From positions 1 through 64,000 of IMG/VR virus record IMGVR_UViG_3300007712_000002: 64,000 nt of DNA; one strand, written 5' to 3'. The notes beneath the pieces are model-generated. The model was not told where the DNA came from, ran no database searches, and worked only from the letters and a program-made list of their open reading frames with translations. The translations under genes and the position numbers were made by a program. This document shows positions 38,211-47,778 of this stretch, one piece after another; within the stretch, counting starts at the first letter, position 1, and each line of letters starts with the position of its first letter. Origin of the DNA: a virus.

Positions 38211-39221
38211 ATGCATTTCTTTGTGGAGTTTATTCGCAACCGAACCGTCGGTTGGCGGCCCAGTAGTTCAGGCTGGGTGACAGGAAACTGTCCTGTTTGT
38301 GTTCGCATGGGTGAACCTCGTCCTGATACAAAACAACGTGGTGGTTTTCAATTCTCTGATAATGAATGGGTTTATCATTGCTTCAATTGTGGTTTTAAGA
38401 CAGGTTGGTCCAAAGGTCATCGCATGAGTAGTGGTGTTCAGACTCTACTCTCGGGCATGGGATTCGATCGCAGCGATATACAACGTCTAAATATCGAATT
38501 GATGCGTGAGGAAGAAACTGCAAATCTACTCAATCCGTTACCAGAAGAAAAACCTGCCTATACACCAGACTGGCCTGAAAGAAGCTTACCTGAAGGCACA
38601 TCACTAATATCAGACATTGCGCCAGTCAAAATGAACAAGAACTTTGAAGCTGGATTGGTTATGCTCAGTGATCGTCATCTTTTACATTGGCACGATTGGG
38701 CATATACTGATGCTGATTTCAAATATCGAAAACGTATCATCCTGCCTTATAGGTATAAAGGAAAGATAGTTGGCCACAATGCAAGATTTATTGGATCGCC
38801 GCCAGCTAATACACCCAAATATATAGTAATCAAGCCACCACATTTTGTTTTTAATCTTGACAGACAAAAGCCCGAACGGAATGCTGTGATTGTGGTGGAA
38901 GGAGATTTTGACGCCATAAGTATCGATGGTGTTGCACTTGGCACTAACAGTGTCAGCAATGAACAAGCTAGCTTGATCAACCAATTGAACAAGAAGACCG
39001 TGCTGTTACCAGATGCTGACAGGTCAGGTAATTCTCTAATTGGCCCTGCAATTGAGCAGGGATGGCATGTGAGCTTTCCAGAATGGATGGAGTTGTATAA
39101 AGATGCAAACCAAGCCTGTGAAAAACTTGGTTCGCCTTTTGTATTAAAAAGCATATTGTCAAGCGCAACAGATAACCCAACCAAGATAAGAGTTTTGGCA
39201 AAAAGATTTCTCAAGGACTAA
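38211..39221 (+). CDS. DNA primase (gp61-like)
   Basis: CPVC...YHCFNC Zn ribbon; TOPRIM VVEGDFDA, PDAD..G, KDAN. Confidence 0.85.
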   Translation: MHFFVEFIRNRTVGWRPSSSGWVTGNCPVCVRMGEPRPDTKQRGGFQFSDNEWVYHCFNCGFKTGWSKGHRMSSGVQTLLSGMGFDRSDIQRLNIELMREEETANLLNPLPEEKPAYTPDWPERSLPEGTSLISDIAPVKMNKNFEAGLVMLSDRHLLHWHDWAYTDADFKYRKRIILPYRYKGKIVGHNARFIGSPPANTPKYIVIKPPHFVFNLDRQKPERNAVIVVEGDFDAISIDGVALGTNSVSNEQASLINQLNKKTVLLPDADRSGNSLIGPAIEQGWHVSFPEWMELYKDANQACEKLGSPFVLKSILSSATDNPTKIRVLAKRFLKD

Positions 39222-39222
39222 A

Positions 39223-39510
39223 TTGCAGGATATTAGAACATTTGATGAGTGGATTGATGAACCAAGATGGTCCTGGTATTATACTCCATTATGGCGCTGT
39301 CATGCCGTAAGAGTAGAGATACATGAATTAACTTCTACGTCTCGTTTATATCAGTCTGGTGGTTCACTTATGTCAACAAGTCAACTCAGACCCGACCTTA
39401 TAGTATACCACATTTATTTTACACCAGAAGAGTTTGTGATGTGGAAATTAGAATCTAATGCATTGAATTATGACAAAACAAATATAGACCAAGGATATGT
39501 TTACAGTTAA
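39223..39510 (+). CDS. Hypothetical protein
   Basis: 95 aa between primase and helicase. Confidence 0.45.
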   Translation: MQDIRTFDEWIDEPRWSWYYTPLWRCHAVRVEIHELTSTSRLYQSGGSLMSTSQLRPDLIVYHIYFTPEEFVMWKLESNALNYDKTNIDQGYVYS

Positions 39511-40886
39511 TGGCTGAAGAATACAATACAGAGTTACAAAGACTATACCTAGAATTCCTAGTAAGTGATCACGAATTATTTGTGCGTTGCAATTCAATTC
39601 TGGATGAAAGTTATTTTGACCGCAGCATACGTGATAGTGTTAAATTTCTCCGCGAGTATGCTGATGAATATGGTGCGGTTCCTGAGATCAAACAAATAAG
39701 AGCAAAAACAGGTCTGGAATTACAAGACATTGGCAAAGCTGGCGCAGACCATCGTAATTGGTTCCTAGATGATTTTGAACGATTTTGCCGACACAAAGCC
39801 CTTGAAGCAGCTATCCTGCAATCCACAGACAAGTTAGAACGTAAGGAATATGGTGCAGTTGAGGAATTAATCAAACAGGCAGTCCAAATTGGTCTAGCAA
39901 AAGAACTAGGTACCGACTATTGGGAAAATCCGGCAGAACGACTACAGCGTATCATGGAACGCAAGGGTGGAACCAGCACAGGCTGGTCCACGGTTGATTA
40001 TTACTTATACGGCGGCTTCAATCGTGGAGAGCTCAATATTTTTGCTGGAGGAAGCGGCGCGGGCAAGTCACTCTTCCTTCAAAACCTAGCAATCAATTGG
40101 GTTGAAAAAGGATTCAATGTTGTTTACGTGAGTCTCGAACTCAGCGAAGACTTGTGTGCAATGAGACTTGATAGCATGATTACTGGTTTGCAAACCAAAG
40201 AGCTATTCAAGAACATGGAGGACGTTGCGCTCAAAGTTAGCATGAAGAGCAAGAAGTCAGGCAAGTTGCAAATTGTGCAGTTGCCCAATGGCATCAATGT
40301 CAATGATCTCCGTGCTTATATTAAAGAATATCAGATCCAAAACGACATCCGAGTCGACGCTATCCTAGTTGACTATTTGGATCTTATGATGCCAGCAAAG
40401 GCTAAGGTAAGTGCCGACAACGTGTTTCTCAAGGATAAGCACGTATCAGAAGAATTGCGCAACTTTGCAATGGAAGGTGATTACCTCTTTGCTACGGCAA
40501 GCCAGCTAAACCGTGGTGCTGTTGATGAAGTAGAGTTTGACCACAGCCACATATCAGGTGGATTGAGTAAGATTCAGACAGCAGACAACGTGATTGGTAT
40601 TTTCTCCAGTCGTGCCATGCGCGAGCGTGGACGAGTTCAGATACAGTTTATGAAAACTCGTTCAAGCAGCGGTGTTGGACAAAAGGTTGACTTGGGATTT
40701 GATCTTGATAGTCTTAGAATACGAGATTTGGAAGAAGATGAGGATGATGCTGAAACAGTAACCGGCAATGCTCTTTATGAAAAGCTAGCTAAAAAGCCAA
40801 AAGAAACTGAAGATCGGGTTGATCGAACCGAAAGAGCTATAAACAATGGTGACAAACTAAAGGCCATACTAAAAAGAAGCGAGTGA
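39510..40886 (+). CDS. gp41: Replicative DnaB-like helicase (gp41)
   Basis: GGSGAGKS, SLELSE, VDYLDL, TASQLNR, KTR. Confidence 0.92.
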   Translation: MAEEYNTELQRLYLEFLVSDHELFVRCNSILDESYFDRSIRDSVKFLREYADEYGAVPEIKQIRAKTGLELQDIGKAGADHRNWFLDDFERFCRHKALEAAILQSTDKLERKEYGAVEELIKQAVQIGLAKELGTDYWENPAERLQRIMERKGGTSTGWSTVDYYLYGGFNRGELNIFAGGSGAGKSLFLQNLAINWVEKGFNVVYVSLELSEDLCAMRLDSMITGLQTKELFKNMEDVALKVSMKSKKSGKLQIVQLPNGINVNDLRAYIKEYQIQNDIRVDAILVDYLDLMMPAKAKVSADNVFLKDKHVSEELRNFAMEGDYLFATASQLNRGAVDEVEFDHSHISGGLSKIQTADNVIGIFSSRAMRERGRVQIQFMKTRSSSGVGQKVDLGFDLDSLRIRDLEEDEDDAETVTGNALYEKLAKKPKETEDRVDRTERAINNGDKLKAILKRSE

Positions 40887-40918
40887 CGGATAAATAATAC
40901 TAGAAAAAGGACCCCGTC

Positions 40919-41191
40919 ATGGTGAAAAAGCGCACTCGCAGTATACTTGAGGAAATCAGTCGTATTGATATCCACAAGGATAAAGAGCACTTTATCGAAT
41001 CCAAGGCCCGTAATGTTATCGCAGGCACTGAAAATCTATTGACTCTTATCAATGAGACATATGATGAAGACACGGCACACGATTTGACCAAAAGACTGCT
41101 AAATGCTATTCGCACACAGGATCCAAAAAAGTTTGAGCGAGGCATAAGGAAGGTCAATGAAAGTCGAAGATATCCTAAGCGGAGGTCATAA
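40919..41191 (+). CDS. Hypothetical late protein
   Basis: Late promoter at 40889; KKRTRSILEE...DPKKFERGI. Confidence 0.65.
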   Translation: MVKKRTRSILEEISRIDIHKDKEHFIESKARNVIAGTENLLTLINETYDEDTAHDLTKRLLNAIRTQDPKKFERGIRKVNESRRYPKRRS

Positions 41192-42065
41192 ACGACGCAG
41201 CCGTCGTGGACCACGAAAAGGCAGAATTAAAGGCATTGAACTCGCTCCAATCAAGTTGCGTGAAGGCGGTCATATGGATGGAGTTGGTGCTATTCACATT
41301 GATGAGATCAAACCAACACTTCAGAAACTTGAACGTGACTTGGGTATTGATCTTCAAAATAATGTTCTTGGCAGCGTAGGAAAGAAAGAATTTAGCGGCG
41401 ATATTGACGTCGCAATTCATATCAAACCAGAAGATTTTGAAAAATTCAAATCACAAGTAGAAAAGTCGCCTATTGTTGATGACACTGTAAAAGGTCCTCT
41501 TGTGCTTATGAGCCGTGTTCAAATTCAAAACTACGATCCTGAACTCAGCACAGATAAAAAGCGCACAGGATATGTGCAAGTTGATTACATGATGGATGAA
41601 GATCCAGAATGGCTCAAAACGTTTTATCATGCGCCAAGTGAAAAAGAAAGCCGCTATAAAGGAGCTCATCGTAATATTGCAATTGGTGCCCTAAGCCAGT
41701 TTGTTGATCGTGAAGAAGGATCAGAAAAAACTCCTGATGGTCGTCCTGTTGAAGTAGAACGCTATATGTTCTCAAGCACCAAGGGCCTGGTCCGTGTCCG
41801 TCGTCGACTCAAGCCGCGTAAAGATGGCAAGGGCTATACCAAAGCCTGGGAGAATGAAGTAATTGGCGGGCCTTGGAAAACAGGCGATGAGATTGCTGAA
41901 AAATTGGGACTTGGCACAGCAAAAGACCTTAATAGTTTTGAAACAATTTTTTCAGCAATCAAGAAAAATCATCCCCGCCTAGTTAAGCCTTTCGCACAGG
42001 CTATAGCAGCAGACAAGACAATCCAAGATATGGGTGTGCCAGACGAGATCAAAGAGTATCTATGA
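41157..42065 (+). CDS. Pol-beta-superfamily nucleotidyltransferase with leader
   Basis: LGSVGKKEFSGDIDVA and VQVDYM; N-term MKVEDIL, basic stretch, LREGG. Confidence 0.75.
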   Translation: MKVEDILSGGHKRRSRRGPRKGRIKGIELAPIKLREGGHMDGVGAIHIDEIKPTLQKLERDLGIDLQNNVLGSVGKKEFSGDIDVAIHIKPEDFEKFKSQVEKSPIVDDTVKGPLVLMSRVQIQNYDPELSTDKKRTGYVQVDYMMDEDPEWLKTFYHAPSEKESRYKGAHRNIAIGALSQFVDREEGSEKTPDGRPVEVERYMFSSTKGLVRVRRRLKPRKDGKGYTKAWENEVIGGPWKTGDEIAEKLGLGTAKDLNSFETIFSAIKKNHPRLVKPFAQAIAADKTIQDMGVPDEIKEYL

Positions 42066-43165
42066 GAATACGTCACCTAATAGAAGCTGACCGCAAAAAG
42101 ATGGGCAGGGACCTCAATCACATTGAGGACCTTGTTTTCTTCTATGGAAGTGATGGAGCACAAGAGGCCCTAGAAATACTTCAAGATTTGACAGATGATG
42201 ATCGTCATGATCTCAGCATTAAGTGGGATGGCAAGGTTGCGTTGTTTTATGGGCGTGATGAGGATGGTGTGTTCGGAATGGGGACAAAAGGCAATTGGGC
42301 CAAGAACATGCCCATGACAAGCCCAGAGGCAGCCTATGAGTATATTACAACGGCAGGCAAGGGAGAAGACTGGCGGAAAGAAATGGGACAGGATTTCATC
42401 AAGATATTCCCCATGCTTGAAAACAGTGTGCCACAAAACTTCAGTGGATATGTGACTGGCGATTTGATTTTTTCACCAGTGTTAGCACCCAAGAAAAAAA
42501 CACCAGAAGGTATCCAGTTCAAGAGCAATCAGGTTGTTTACACGGTTGATCCTCAGAGTGAACTTGGCAAGCGTGTAGCACAGGCTGAAGTTGGAATGGC
42601 CCTGCACCTTAAATTTGATTCATGGAATAGTTCAAATAAAGCTGTGATCGGACAAGATACAGTAAAACAGTTGAATTCGCCACAAGTATTGGCACTAGGA
42701 CAAACGTATGCACCCAGCGCACCACGTTTGGACGACAGCGTTCTCAAGAAACTCTCCAGTATGATACAAAAGAACAGCCACGCAATTGATAGTTTAATTG
42801 AACGTCGCGCCGGACTGAGCGATATACCAAATATCATATACACATTTAATAATCAAATGACTAGAGCAGGCAAAGCAAACGATGTTTCAACACAAGAGTT
42901 TTTCGAGTGGCTTTCTGGAAGCAAAGTAAGTGCTAACAAACAAGCCAAACTAGCTGCAATAAACGAAGAAAATCCTCGTGCTTTCCCAGCACTTTTTGAG
43001 TTAGTTCGTGCAGTTGCTGATGCAAAGAACAATATCATTGATCAGTTAGAAGCCGCTACGACAGATATTCGAGCATCAACAGACGGACAGGCCGGGGGCG
43101 AAGGCTATGTAAGCCTTAAACACAAAGTAAAATTGGTTCCACGCCATCGTTGGCGACCAAGTTAA
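42062..43165 (+). CDS. RNA-ligase-like covalent nucleotidyltransferase (DUF6267-like) with tag 2 leader
   Basis: SIKWDG (motif I), GDLIF, GEGYV (IV), VKLV (V); N-term MRIRHLIE. Confidence 0.6.
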   Translation: MRIRHLIEADRKKMGRDLNHIEDLVFFYGSDGAQEALEILQDLTDDDRHDLSIKWDGKVALFYGRDEDGVFGMGTKGNWAKNMPMTSPEAAYEYITTAGKGEDWRKEMGQDFIKIFPMLENSVPQNFSGYVTGDLIFSPVLAPKKKTPEGIQFKSNQVVYTVDPQSELGKRVAQAEVGMALHLKFDSWNSSNKAVIGQDTVKQLNSPQVLALGQTYAPSAPRLDDSVLKKLSSMIQKNSHAIDSLIERRAGLSDIPNIIYTFNNQMTRAGKANDVSTQEFFEWLSGSKVSANKQAKLAAINEENPRAFPALFELVRAVADAKNNIIDQLEAATTDIRASTDGQAGGEGYVSLKHKVKLVPRHRWRPS

Positions 43166-43176
43166 GGAGAAGACAG

Positions 43177-43614
43177 ATGGCAGAAGGCAAAGGACTCGTG
43201 TCATGGCTTAAAGCCAATGCTGGTGCAATACTAATACCACTAGCATCAGGTGCAATTGCATTGGTAGTTTCATATGGTTCATCAATCGAAGAAGAAACGC
43301 GGCTTTATAATCGTGTTAGTCAATTAGAGGCAGCAGTTTCATCTCTTGAGAATCAAGACAATGAATTTGACGAAGATATTGACGATCTAGAAGATTTGGT
43401 TGACGATAAAAGCAGAGCAGTTGAACAGATGGTTATCAGTGAGGGCCGTGATCTTGAACGCAGCATAATTAGATTGGAAGGACGTGTTGAAAATCTTAAT
43501 CGACGCTTGACTTTTCTTGATGGTATTGGTGGTCCAGTCTATGGTCCAACTTATGAAAATTACAGCGTTGACCCATCTAATGACAACATGACACAGCCCT
43601 CAGAAACGGAATAA
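43177..43614 (+). CDS. Membrane-anchored coiled-coil protein
   Basis: RBS AAGGAG; N-terminal TM then heptads. Confidence 0.6.
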   Translation: MAEGKGLVSWLKANAGAILIPLASGAIALVVSYGSSIEEETRLYNRVSQLEAAVSSLENQDNEFDEDIDDLEDLVDDKSRAVEQMVISEGRDLERSIIRLEGRVENLNRRLTFLDGIGGPVYGPTYENYSVDPSNDNMTQPSETE

Positions 43615-43615
43615 A

Positions 43616-44323
43616 ATGGAATTAAAACTTATTACAGAATTTAACGAAAGCACACAGTATAGAAGCAAAAGTGCCTTCCGCCAGACTGATGCTCGCACAG
43701 TCTGTGATCATGCCTTCATGGACATGATTGCTTTGTGGATTCTATACAACGAAAACGAGTTTGCTCCTTGGGCATTGGAATATGCTAGTCGCACAGTTCA
43801 GTTCAATCGCTTTACTAACTATCGCCAAATGGGCACAGACCTTTATCTCAATTTGCATGTGATTACTGAAAAAAGAACAGATCTTCTCGGAATGAATGAC
43901 AAGGATCTAATCATGCTTGACCGCGTCCAACTTGATGTTCCTAATATTGTTCGTTATCTTCGCATGATGTCACAGAACAATATAAACCAAGGAATGGCGA
44001 GAATGACACTGCAAAAACTTGAACATTCCCTGCACATCAATAATTCAAATTATCGCAGTGTGCGTCGTATTGCACAAAATTGGCCCAATCTTGCAACTAA
44101 TCAGAAGCGCATGGTAATCACACGTATGAATTTCTTTTATCAGATGAATGCCCGTCGTTCTGAAGTATTCAAGCAAATTAAATTGCTTGGTAAGAGTCAA
44201 GGCCTAATAGCAAAAGATGCAAATAATCCAGAGATACCCTTTGCTGCTAAAGCAGCGGCCGCCGCCGCTGCTGGCGCTACTGGATATGCAATAGGCCACA
44301 GGATTGGTAAAAGTCTTCTATGA
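43616..44323 (+). CDS. Hypothetical (probable virion) protein
   Basis: N-term MELKLITEFNES; C-terminal Ala/Gly-rich helix. Confidence 0.6.
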   Translation: MELKLITEFNESTQYRSKSAFRQTDARTVCDHAFMDMIALWILYNENEFAPWALEYASRTVQFNRFTNYRQMGTDLYLNLHVITEKRTDLLGMNDKDLIMLDRVQLDVPNIVRYLRMMSQNNINQGMARMTLQKLEHSLHINNSNYRSVRRIAQNWPNLATNQKRMVITRMNFFYQMNARRSEVFKQIKLLGKSQGLIAKDANNPEIPFAAKAAAAAAAGATGYAIGHRIGKSLL

Positions 44324-44733
44324 CCCAACAAATATTAGCTTTCACTCTGGTTGATATCACAGATAGTGGCACAACCAGAGTCCGAGATAGCAATACAAAA
44401 GAATATCATCAGCAACAAAATCTCAACGTTCTTTTGCAGACCATTGGATTGAGAGCGCAGCCGTTCGATCCAGAGGTTCAAATCCTTGAAAATGAATCAC
44501 TAGATAATATGGGATTTGGGGAATTTTTTGGAATCGACCCACAAAGAGTATGGTCATTGAAATTCCAAGTTGAACATGAAATGGCATGGAGCGATGGCGT
44601 TGATCAATTAGCACTCCTCAAGCAAGATGCAAATGGTGTAGCAATTACTAGTGATCTAGACAACACAGTTGAATTTCCTATAAATGCGTTTGATACCCGG
44701 GATAATGTAAATCTTTATTTTGCAATCAATTAA
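44320..44733 (+). CDS. Hypothetical protein
   Basis: TLVDIT..G...QQ.N...LLQTIGLRAQP. Confidence 0.65.
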   Translation: MTQQILAFTLVDITDSGTTRVRDSNTKEYHQQQNLNVLLQTIGLRAQPFDPEVQILENESLDNMGFGEFFGIDPQRVWSLKFQVEHEMAWSDGVDQLALLKQDANGVAITSDLDNTVEFPINAFDTRDNVNLYFAIN

Positions 44734-44786
44734 CAGGCTACCTAATTTTTTAACAAGCCCAATAAATATGATTGTAAGGGAATTAG

Positions 44787-45083
44787 ATGACTACACCTTT
44801 TAATAGCGAACTTGAGAAAAAGAATCTCGAAGTACACGTTGACATGGAACGTCAACGGTTTGCAATCCTATCTGAAAAAGTCGAGACGTTGGATGAACGC
44901 ATGGATGCGGTTTTTAGTGAAATCGGTGATTTTCGCAAAGAACACGCAAAAAACATGCAACAGATACGAGAAGAAAATGCCCTTAACTCACAAGGAACAC
45001 ACAAGCTGTTCGTAGGAGCAGCAGCAACAGTAATTGGCGGACTCTTGAGCACTATTGTTGTTCTGTTAATTGCTTTTATATAA
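44787..45083 (+). CDS. Coiled-coil protein with C-terminal TM (possible lysis role)
   Basis: LEVHVD...RF..L...LD, TM at C-term, late promoter 44761. Confidence 0.5.
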   Translation: MTTPFNSELEKKNLEVHVDMERQRFAILSEKVETLDERMDAVFSEIGDFRKEHAKNMQQIREENALNSQGTHKLFVGAAATVIGGLLSTIVVLLIAFI

Positions 45084-45104
45084 AACACTCTTGCATTACA
45101 ACTT

Positions 45105-45132
45105 GCGTCGCCTCTAGGGGCGGCGCCTTTTT
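45105..45132 (+). terminator. Rho-independent terminator
   Basis: GCGTCGCCTC-TA-GGGGCGGCGC-CTTTTT. Confidence 0.75.
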
Positions 45133-45168
45133 ATTAACGGATAGCATAAATACCCAAAAGGAAACGTT

Positions 45169-45453
45169 ATGAAACTGAATGATATTACGGGAGAGAGTGA
45201 TTCACTAGTCGAGACCAAAATGGTCTGGGCAAAGTCAGGTGGAAAAGTCGCCCGCAAATATCGTTGCACATTTGGAAAACGTAAAGGTCGTGTTGTAAGC
45301 GATCCAAGCCAATGTAGCAAGCCAGTTGACATGAAAAAGCGTTTTACCCTGCGCCGCACCAAAGCGCAAAAAGGTAGTAGAATGACTCGCAAGGCACAAC
45401 GCACCAAACGCACAAATCCAGCGAGCAAGATGGTAAAGGCACTAAACAAATGA
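45169..45453 (+). CDS. Highly basic small protein with tag 2 leader
   Basis: MKLNDITGESDSLVE, then K/R-rich body (KYRCTFGKRKGRVV). Confidence 0.7.
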   Translation: MKLNDITGESDSLVETKMVWAKSGGKVARKYRCTFGKRKGRVVSDPSQCSKPVDMKKRFTLRRTKAQKGSRMTRKAQRTKRTNPASKMVKALNK

Positions 45454-45671
45454 CAGATATTGACAGACTACGCAAACTGAGTGGTATTTCAGAAGATAAT
45501 GACAATTCGACGCTAGAAAAAATCCAAAAAGGTATTAGTAACTACGTTCGTCAGGAAAATGATCATCATTGGCCTTTTGGTTTTGAGCGCGAGTTGGCTG
45601 AATTTATTCAAGCTGAGTTGGAAAAAGATGAGACAGTTGATAATATGCCACAATGGGGAGAACGCACATGA
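45450..45671 (+). CDS. Small acidic protein with tag 1 leader
   Basis: MTDIDRLRKLSGISE. Confidence 0.65.
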   Translation: MTDIDRLRKLSGISEDNDNSTLEKIQKGISNYVRQENDHHWPFGFERELAEFIQAELEKDETVDNMPQWGERT

Positions 45672-46747
45672 AACTTCTTGAAGCAATCGAAAGCACTTCA
45701 GTAAAAGATGCTATTCAAAAGATGGTAACTGATATGTTCAATGATGAGTTGGACGATAATCGTCTTGATCAAATTATTGATGGTCTTAGCCTTAGCGATC
45801 TACTTGCCCTTGACCAGGCCTATCAAGATGGCGACAAAGAAACAATTAGCAAAATACTTGGACCTTTTCCAAAATTGGAATACAGCATGGGCGCAGGCCG
45901 CCAATCCAGCAGCGCAGCAAGCAACCGTCCAGCACCAAGAACCGCAGGCGGCCAGCAAGCAAGCAAAAAACCAGGGACGCAAAAAACAGTAAACACCAAC
46001 CGTAACTATAGCAGCGGTGTCCAAAACGCTGTTACCACAAAGAATGTTGATGGTGAAAATGGAGACGATCCTGAAGCAATGGTTAAAGATGATGAACCAG
46101 TTGAAGAAACCAACAGTGGTTCATTCAATGACGAGCGATTCAATTCACATGAAGTTATCCGCGCCCTTGAAGGAATTGCAAGTGATGAAGAAGGCGATGA
46201 TCCTGTGTTTTCATCAGGACTACAACAGCTAGCCAATCGCATTAATCAAAGCTATCCTGATAGTGTTACTATCGCAGAAATCGTTAACATGCTACAGGAA
46301 CCACAGCTAAGTTCTATTGATAAAGATGACGTCTTTTATGCCTTGCAAGCTAGTGGAATTATGGATATACAGATGGAAGCAAGCGTCGGCGCGCCTGACT
46401 ATAATCCAGCAGCAGGTCGCCATAACCAATTCCAAAATAGTGACGACGTGATTGTCACAAGTGGTGAATGGGAAGGTAAGACTGGCATGGTTCAATCAGT
46501 GCGCCCTAATAGTGTCACCGTTCGTCTCTATAACCACGATTTCTTAATGGACTTTGAGCCAGATGAGATCGAACACAATGACTATGCAGATAGCGATCAA
46601 GAAGAAGACAACATGCGTTTGAGTATGGGCGACGACGAATATGATCGTATACATGGCGACTTGGGTTACAAAGATGAGTCAGTAACCGAAAATGTTGATG
46701 TCGTCGACATGGTTAAATGGCTCAAGCGTAGAGCAGGGATTGAATAA
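45668..46747 (+). CDS. Modular acidic protein: tag 2 N-term, KOW-like module, tag 1-like C-term
   Basis: MKLLEAIES; DVIVTSGEWEGKTGMV; ends MVKWLKRRAGIE. Confidence 0.65.
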   Translation: MKLLEAIESTSVKDAIQKMVTDMFNDELDDNRLDQIIDGLSLSDLLALDQAYQDGDKETISKILGPFPKLEYSMGAGRQSSSAASNRPAPRTAGGQQASKKPGTQKTVNTNRNYSSGVQNAVTTKNVDGENGDDPEAMVKDDEPVEETNSGSFNDERFNSHEVIRALEGIASDEEGDDPVFSSGLQQLANRINQSYPDSVTIAEIVNMLQEPQLSSIDKDDVFYALQASGIMDIQMEASVGAPDYNPAAGRHNQFQNSDDVIVTSGEWEGKTGMVQSVRPNSVTVRLYNHDFLMDFEPDEIEHNDYADSDQEEDNMRLSMGDDEYDRIHGDLGYKDESVTENVDVVDMVKWLKRRAGIE

Positions 46748-46971
46748 TGCGCAGTATTGTAACAAAAGGTGGTATTCCTACTTTTGTTTCCAAACATGAG
46801 TATACCTTTATTGAAGAAAACTTTGAACATGGAGACATGATTTATAAGAATGAACTTAACGAGCACGAAGCAGAAATTGCTAGAGTGCTAACTACTAGAG
46901 GAATACTACAGCGTTTTAGTGATGCTGATAAAGGCATTTACTACACGCAAAATATCAATCGAGGAATTTAA
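46747..46971 (+). CDS. Hypothetical protein
   Basis: 74 aa, ELNEHEAEIARVLTTRGIL. Confidence 0.6.
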   Translation: MRSIVTKGGIPTFVSKHEYTFIEENFEHGDMIYKNELNEHEAEIARVLTTRGILQRFSDADKGIYYTQNINRGI

Positions 46972-47151
46972 ATGTTACCAGTAGAACAGACCTGCCCTAA
47001 ATGTCACGGACGATTCATGGGGAGCGATGTCATTGGATATCCATGTCCCAGCTGCACAGGAATAAGTGAGCAAAGCCTCATTGAGGCACTCACATCAATG
47101 AACCAAATGTATTATCAGGAGGAAGAAAATGACAGACCAAGAACAGACTAA
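46972..47151 (+). CDS. 59-aa Zn-ribbon peptide (not in ORF track)
   Basis: MLPVEQTCPKCHG...CPSCTG; RBS GAGGA 6 nt upstream; fills the gap. Confidence 0.55.
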   Translation: MLPVEQTCPKCHGRFMGSDVIGYPCPSCTGISEQSLIEALTSMNQMYYQEEENDRPRTD

Positions 47152-47731
47152 CGCAATGGCTAACATCCTTGGCAAACTGGGCCAAGTTGAAGAAGGCACA
47201 TACGAAAAGACTGGGGGAGGTGCATCTAACGAAGACACAGCAGCAATGGCTGATGTTTTGCGTAAATTACAAGAAACCACTGGTGCGTTTTCACAAGACA
47301 TTGTGAATGAAAGCAAGAAGCAACCCGACTTGGGTGTTGCCGTTCAGGCGCAGCGCACAAAGGCTGGCGTCAGTGTCAGCCATTATGATATTCAGACCGA
47401 GAAGAAAACAGTCCATGAAGGTCTTACAAAAACATTCTATCATGTTGTTGACAACAAGACTGGAGAAATAGTTTATGAGGATCTTGGACTATTTGAAACT
47501 GCCATGGGTATTGTAAAACATCTTCTCTATACCAACAACAGCCAAAAACTATCTCGACTCGTCGACCTTGATCAAGAATATGTCGGGGCAATGATGGAGA
47601 CATATGGTTATAAAACAAGACTCAAGCGTATTGACGAAAGTTCAGTGAAGTATGATGTGACATCAGCCAAATATTCTAATGCTAAATCACGTCTCGGTGC
47701 TGTCAAGATGAAAATCCTCAAGGCTCTATAA
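47129..47731 (+). CDS. Hypothetical protein
   Basis: RBS GGAGGA; repeated AMA.[IV]L.KL motif; IVNES site. Confidence 0.65.
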   Translation: MTDQEQTNAMANILGKLGQVEEGTYEKTGGGASNEDTAAMADVLRKLQETTGAFSQDIVNESKKQPDLGVAVQAQRTKAGVSVSHYDIQTEKKTVHEGLTKTFYHVVDNKTGEIVYEDLGLFETAMGIVKHLLYTNNSQKLSRLVDLDQEYVGAMMETYGYKTRLKRIDESSVKYDVTSAKYSNAKSRLGAVKMKILKAL

Positions 47732-47778
47732 CTAGGGCTTTCGCATAAATACATTACAGACAGTTACGGAGATCTGAT

